Origin: an uncultured delta proteobacterium
GTDB taxonomy: Bacteria; Desulfobacterota; Binatia; HRBIN30; BPIQ01
Length of the DNA stretch: 64,000 nucleotides
NCBI GenBank assembly: GCA_963761335.1
Contig: CAVXGR010000012.1
Location: 576,001-640,000, forward strand
Direction: 5' to 3'
Below are positions 59,682 to 64,000 of this stretch, piece after piece; within the stretch, counting starts at the first letter, position 1; the number at the start of each line of letters is the position of its first letter. The notes under the pieces are model-generated. The model was not told the DNA's origin and ran no database searches. It worked only from the letters and a program-made list of their open reading frames with translations. A program made the position numbers and the translations under genes.

Positions 59682-60607
59682 GCCGCCACTCCGATGCACT
59701 GCGGCTCGGTGAACTCGCGGAAATGATCCTGGCCTCCGAGAAGCGCGCGCAGCACCGACTCGACGTCGGCGCTCAAGCCGGCGCAGGTCTCGCCGGGGTT
59801 GGGAGACGAGTCGGGCATGTCGGCGCGGTCCACGTAGGTGCCGGTGGCCTCGTCGAAGCCGAAGATGTAGCCGAGCGGCTGGCTGTCGCCGCCGTAGCCG
59901 CTCAGCTGCCAGCCGGCGAGCTCGCGATTGCCGCCGTACTCCGGCGCCGCGAACATTCCCTCGAGGGTGTGCTGCAGGAGAACGTCGGCAAAGGAGCTGG
60001 CGCCGCTGCTCTGCAGCACCTGATCCTGGTCGTCCGGAGCGAGCTCGACGAAGGGCGCCGAGAACTGCTCCATGGCGATCGCGTCGAGCGCCTGCACGCC
60101 GCTGCGATAGGTGTCCTGCAGGCCGACGAGGACATCCGGCGTTCCCATCGCCAGCGGGTTGCCGGCGAGCTCGTCGATGTCGGCGGCGCCGTGCAGGCGC
60201 GCCGTCCAGGCGAGGCGCTGCACCCGGGTGAGGGGAACGAAGTCGCGGAAGGAGTCCGGCGGATACTGGGCCGAGGGCGCCATCGCCTGCACGTCCAGAT
60301 AGGGGTTGCGCCCGCTGAACGGCCCGCCGGCAAACACCATTGGCGCGGGGCCTTCGGGCTCGAGGCTGAGGAGCCCCTGGATGTAGTCGACCACTCCGGC
60401 GTCTCGGGCTCCCGGACCGCTGGCGTCGCCGGGGAAGAGGCGCTCGCTGGCGGCATCGACGACGGCCAGCTCCTCGTCGGTGAGGAACGGCGTAGCCGAT
60501 GGCGCCGTCGCCGCTCCCGAGGGCACGCGGCCGCCACAGCCCGGCAGCAGCAGCCCGGCGGCTCCTGCCGCCGTCAGCTGCAACATCTGTCTTCGGGTGA
60601 GATCCAC
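59678..60607 (-). CDS. Gluconate 2-dehydrogenase subunit 3-like Tat lipoprotein
   Basis: LTRRQML Tat motif, LPGC lipobox, PGA-x2-AGV-x2-YI, EGMFAAPEYGGN...GW. Confidence 0.88.
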   Translation of the reverse strand: MDLTRRQMLQLTAAGAAGLLLPGCGGRVPSGAATAPSATPFLTDEELAVVDAASERLFPGDASGPGARDAGVVDYIQGLLSLEPEGPAPMVFAGGPFSGRNPYLDVQAMAPSAQYPPDSFRDFVPLTRVQRLAWTARLHGAADIDELAGNPLAMGTPDVLVGLQDTYRSGVQALDAIAMEQFSAPFVELAPDDQDQVLQSSGASSFADVLLQHTLEGMFAAPEYGGNRELAGWQLSGYGGDSQPLGYIFGFDEATGTYVDRADMPDSSPNPGETCAGLSADVESVLRALLGGQDHFREFTEPQCIGVAA

Positions 60608-60628
60608 GCGCCCCCCTTGCCTGCCAGC

Positions 60629-60658
60629 CTTCTAGAAACGAAACCCCCGCCTTGTCAA
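60629..60658 (-). promoter_or_regulatory. Putative promoter of the GMC operon (TTGACA-N18-TAGAAG)
   Basis: Consensus -35; weaker -10. Confidence 0.45.
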
Positions 60659-60715
60659 CGCGAGCCCGGGCGACGGTGGTGTCCCAAAATTGCCGATCCG
60701 ACCTTCCTGTTGTGC

Positions 60716-60898
60716 TTCCCCGGCTCGGGGAAAGGTCTCCTCTCCCCGCATTCTTTTCCGCGGGGAGAGGATCAAGGTGTCTATGATTTCTGCGACGTTC
60801 AAAGAGATCGGCGCCAGAAATCGCGGCAATGGACTCACGCGACGGCGCCACGGAGCAACGCCAAGGACAAAGCGTGGCGGCGTAGCGCCGTTGCGTGA
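60716..60898. repeat. Cluster of unrelated intergenic hairpins
   Basis: CCTCTCCCCGC/GCGGGGAGAGG (60739-60770); GATTTCTG/CAGAAATC (60785-60822); 18-bp arms at 60835-60852 and 60881-60898. Confidence 0.7.
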
Positions 60899-60950
60899 AC
60901 CATTCCCTTTCTCTGCGCCCTCTCTTTCCCCTCGGCGTCCTCGGCGGCCG

Positions 60951-61520
60951 TCACTTGGCCCGCGAGATGAAGCGTCCCTCGCGGGTGTCGACCTCCACCG
61001 CCTCGCCCGACTCGAGGTAGCTGGGGACCTGGATGACCAGCCCGGTCTCCAGAGTCGCCGGCTTGGTCTGCGCCTGGGCCGTGGCGCCTTTGAGCGCCGG
61101 GTCGGTCTCGCGGATGCGCAGCACCACCGTCAGCGGCAGCTCGATACTCATCACCTGGCCGTTGAAGACGATGGAGCGGATTCCCTCCAGCCCCTCGATC
61201 AGATAGCCGGCGTCGTCGCCGAGATCCTCGGCGCTGAGCGAGAACTGCTCGTAGGAGCCGCCGTCCATGAAGTGATAGCCGTCGGTGTCGGCGTACAGGT
61301 ACTGCACCGGGCGCAGCTCGAGCTGCGCCTCGGCCACCTTGTCGCTGGCCTTGAAGCTGCGATCGAAGACCCGGCCGGTGCGCAGGTTGCGCACCTTGGC
61401 CTTCACCAGGGTCGAGGCACCGCGCGCCGACGGCGACTGAAAACGCACGTCGAGAATGACGTACGGATCGCCCTCGAGCTCGATCCGCCCGTGTCGCTTG
61501 AACTCACTCGCATTGAGCAT
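60951..61520 (-). CDS. efpL: Elongation factor P family protein with EfpL/YeiP-type PSARG loop
   Basis: QSPSARGASTLVK, QYLY-x-D, FMD-x2-SYEQ, KPATLETG, VDTR. Confidence 0.8.
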   Translation of the reverse strand: MLNASEFKRHGRIELEGDPYVILDVRFQSPSARGASTLVKAKVRNLRTGRVFDRSFKASDKVAEAQLELRPVQYLYADTDGYHFMDGGSYEQFSLSAEDLGDDAGYLIEGLEGIRSIVFNGQVMSIELPLTVVLRIRETDPALKGATAQAQTKPATLETGLVIQVPSYLESGEAVEVDTREGRFISRAK

Positions 61521-61557
61521 CCCGTCTGTGTAGCGCGACTCTCCGAAAAAATCACGC

Positions 61558-61597
61558 ACAACCTAACAACCTAACAACCTAACAACCTAACAACCTA
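61558..61597. repeat. Perfect tandem (ACAACCTA)x5
   Basis: Directly visible between divergent genes. Confidence 0.95.
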
Positions 61598-61649
61598 CAA
61601 CCCCCGCTTCCCTTGCGCCGCCGACTCACTTCGGTATGTTCCAGCGCCA

Positions 61650-62684
61650 ATGGCTGCATCGCGGCGCCGGGAGCAGCCCGAATGGGCCCGCTGGCCGGAC
61701 GAGAAATTGCTCGATCTGCGCATCTGCGACCTCGGTCTGCGGATCGAGGGGACGCCGCTCGAGCTGCGCATCGAGCAGCTCCACCGCGAGCTCGAGGCGC
61801 GCGACATCCGCTTCCGCCCGCATTTCTGGCTGTCGAACGACTGGTTCACCCCCGACGGCGTCGCCGGCATCGCCATTCCCTTCTACATGGCCCACCCGCG
61901 CCTGATGCGCCTCGAGCTCACCCAGATGCTCGAGGTCGAGGGCGGCACGCCGGAGTGGTGCATGCGCATCCTGCGGCACGAGACCGGACACGCCCTCGAC
62001 AACGCCTACGGCCTGCGGCGGCGCCGGCGGCGGCAGGAGCTCTTCGGAAAGTCGTCGCTGCCCTACCCGGAGTACTACACGCCGCGGCCGTACAGTAAGA
62101 GCTTCGTGCTGCACCTGGAGCCGTGGTACGCGCAGAGCCATCCGGACGAGGACTTCGCCGAGACCTTCGCCGTGTGGCTGACGCCGCGCTCGGGGTGGCG
62201 GCGCCGCTACGCCGGCTGGCCGGCGCGCAAGAAGCTCGAGTACGTCGACACGCTGCTGCACGAGATCGCGACCGAGAAGCCGCGGCTCAACGGCCGCCAG
62301 CAGGTCGATCCGGTCAAGCGCTTGCGCAAGACCCTGCGGCGCCACTACCGCGAGAAGCGCAAGCGCTACGGCCTCGACTATCCGAACGTCTACGACCGCG
62401 ACCTGCGCCGGCTCTTCTCCGATGCTCCCGAGTATCGCCACAACATGACCGCGGCGCGCTTCGTGGCGCGCCTGCGCCCGCAGGTGCGCCGCACCGTGGC
62501 GCGCTGGACGGGCGAGTACCAGTACACCATCGATCAGGTCCTCGACGACATCATCAGCCGTTGCCGAGAGCTCCGCCTGCGCCTGGTGGCCAGCGAGGAG
62601 GAGACGCGCATCCACTTCAACATTCTCCTCACCGTGCAGACGATGAACTACATGCACGCCGGCCGTCATCGGGTATGGCTATGA
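61650..62684 (+). CDS. Putative zinc-binding metallopeptidase (Peptidase_Mx-like)
   Basis: LRHETGH, YAQSHPDEDFAETFAVWL. Confidence 0.8.
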   Translation: MAASRRREQPEWARWPDEKLLDLRICDLGLRIEGTPLELRIEQLHRELEARDIRFRPHFWLSNDWFTPDGVAGIAIPFYMAHPRLMRLELTQMLEVEGGTPEWCMRILRHETGHALDNAYGLRRRRRRQELFGKSSLPYPEYYTPRPYSKSFVLHLEPWYAQSHPDEDFAETFAVWLTPRSGWRRRYAGWPARKKLEYVDTLLHEIATEKPRLNGRQQVDPVKRLRKTLRRHYREKRKRYGLDYPNVYDRDLRRLFSDAPEYRHNMTAARFVARLRPQVRRTVARWTGEYQYTIDQVLDDIISRCRELRLRLVASEEETRIHFNILLTVQTMNYMHAGRHRVWL

Positions 62685-63697
62685 GAAAGCTCCGCATCCT
62701 GGCGCTCATTCACAAGGAGCTGGTACCGCCGGAAGACATCACCGGCTACGACGTCGCCGAGGTCGACTGGAAGATGGAGTTCGACGTGCTCACCACCCTG
62801 CGGGAGATGGGCCACGAGGTCTTCCCGCTGGGAGTGGCCGACGACATGGGCGTGGTGCGCAAGGCGGTGGACGAATGGAAGCCGCACATCGCCTTCAACC
62901 TGCTCGAGGACGTGCACGACGTTCCCGTCTTCGACCAGAACGTGGTCGCCTATCTGGAGCTGCTGCGCATTCCCTACACCGGCTGCAACCCGCGCGGCCT
63001 CTTGCTGGCCCGCGACAAGGCGCTCTCCAAGCAGATCCTCGGCTACCACCGCATACCGGTGCCGGAGTTCGGCGTCTTCCCCATCGGCCGCAAGGTGCGC
63101 CGCCCCAAGCGCCTCCAGTTCCCGCTGATCGTCAAGTCGCTGACCAAGGAGGCCTCGGCGGGCATCTCCCAGGCCTCGGTGGTCGACACCGACGAGAAGC
63201 TCGAGGAGCGCGTGCACTTCATCCACAACACCATCGGCACGGCCGCCATCGTGGAGCGCTACGTCGACGGCCGCGAGCTCTACGTCGGCATTGCCGGCAA
63301 CCAGCGCACCGTGGTCTTCCCGGTCTGGGAGATGCTGTTCACCAAGATGCCCGAGGAGTCGTGGCACATTGCCACCGACCGGGTGAAGTGGAGCCGCGTC
63401 TATCAGAAGAAGCGCGGTATCAAGACCGACGAGGCCAAGAACCTCCCCGAAGGCGCCGCCGACGCCATCCAGAGACTGTGCAAGCGCGTCTTCCGCGCCC
63501 TCAGCCTGAGCGGCTACGCGCGCATCGACCTGCGCCTGGAGGAGAGCGGCCGGGTGTACGTGCTCGAGGCCAATCCCAACCCGCAGCTCGCCTACGGCGA
63601 GGACTTCGCCGAGTCCGCCGAGCGCGCCGGCATCTCCTACGAGGATCTCCTGCAGCGCATCATCAACTTCGGGCTGCGCTGGCGGCCGGAGCGCTAG
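62681..63697 (+). CDS. D-Ala-D-Ala ligase-like ATP-grasp enzyme
   Basis: LELL-x-IPYTG, DKALSK, FPLIVK, ASAGI, ERYVDGREL, YARIDLRL, LEANPNP; ATGA overlap. Confidence 0.88.
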   Translation: MRKLRILALIHKELVPPEDITGYDVAEVDWKMEFDVLTTLREMGHEVFPLGVADDMGVVRKAVDEWKPHIAFNLLEDVHDVPVFDQNVVAYLELLRIPYTGCNPRGLLLARDKALSKQILGYHRIPVPEFGVFPIGRKVRRPKRLQFPLIVKSLTKEASAGISQASVVDTDEKLEERVHFIHNTIGTAAIVERYVDGRELYVGIAGNQRTVVFPVWEMLFTKMPEESWHIATDRVKWSRVYQKKRGIKTDEAKNLPEGAADAIQRLCKRVFRALSLSGYARIDLRLEESGRVYVLEANPNPQLAYGEDFAESAERAGISYEDLLQRIINFGLRWRPER

Positions 63698-63712
63698 GCG
63701 CTGCGGCGGTCG

Positions 63713-64000
63713 ATGGGCAGCGTGGTCGAGGAAGAGGTCGCCGGGCCGCCGTCGAAGGCGGCGCGCAGCGCCAGCATCGCCCTCGCCCTGCTGCTGGCAG
63801 CGCTGGCGTACACCTTCCCGGTTCCGGGAAGCCCCGAGACGGCGCGGCGCCTGGGCGCCGTCCTGGCCGTGGTCGGCACGCTGTGGATCACCGAGACCAT
63901 ACCGCTGGCGGTCACCGCCCTGATCGGGCCGGCACTGGCGGTGGTGGCCGGCATCGCCACGGTGCGCCAGGCCTTCGCCGCCTTCGGCAACCCGATCCTC
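63713..64000 (+). CDS. DASS/SLC13 anion symporter, N-terminal fragment (runs off window end)
   Basis: Own translation: ...LWITETIPLAVTALIGP...AFAAFGNPIL. Confidence 0.8.
   Translation, partial: MGSVVEEEVAGPPSKAARSASIALALLLAALAYTFPVPGSPETARRLGAVLAVVGTLWITETIPLAVTALIGPALAVVAGIATVRQAFAAFGNPIL

Noticed and set aside
57951..60851. 966-aa ORF suggesting an extended GMC protein
   Set aside because: The N-terminal part is an off-frame read of the subunit-3 gene; real start at GTG 59681

Overview
A 64 kb, very GC-rich, gene-dense bacterial chromosome segment from a diderm, LPS-making organism. The gene content (rpoN-hpf-ptsN-hprK-rapZ-ptsH-metK block, NtrY-type kinase, multi-POTRA Omp85 with TamB, HpnI, acyl-ACP-desaturase-like protein) suggests a deltaproteobacteria-like lineage such as Binatia; this taxonomy is inference only. 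Most of the window is envelope and housekeeping genes: lgt, tlpA, tamB/omp85, degP, a DD-carboxypeptidase, pyrF, proS, kdsB-pyrG-kdsA-kdsD, two lipid A late acyltransferases, lexA, hemW, metK, lptCAB, rpoN, csp, pcs, a Gld-like ABC system, gcdH/LysR, mobA, hpnI, a GMC oxidoreductase pair and an EF-P paralogue. The standout feature is an NtrY-like sensor kinase followed by a protein in which an NtrX-type receiver domain is fused to a complete LpxC with its metal and catalytic motifs intact. This is a candidate two-component system acting directly on the committed step of lipid A synthesis. Intergenic DNA carries several palindromic repeat families: GTAG REP doublets, two ~430-460 bp MITE-like elements flanking hpnI, short-period (6-8 nt) tracts and a 199 bp tandem duplication. 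Several genes look leaderless or nearly so. No rRNA, tRNA, CRISPR array or transposase gene was seen. Start codons were adjusted by eye from the ORF track and product calls rest on motif recognition, not database searches.
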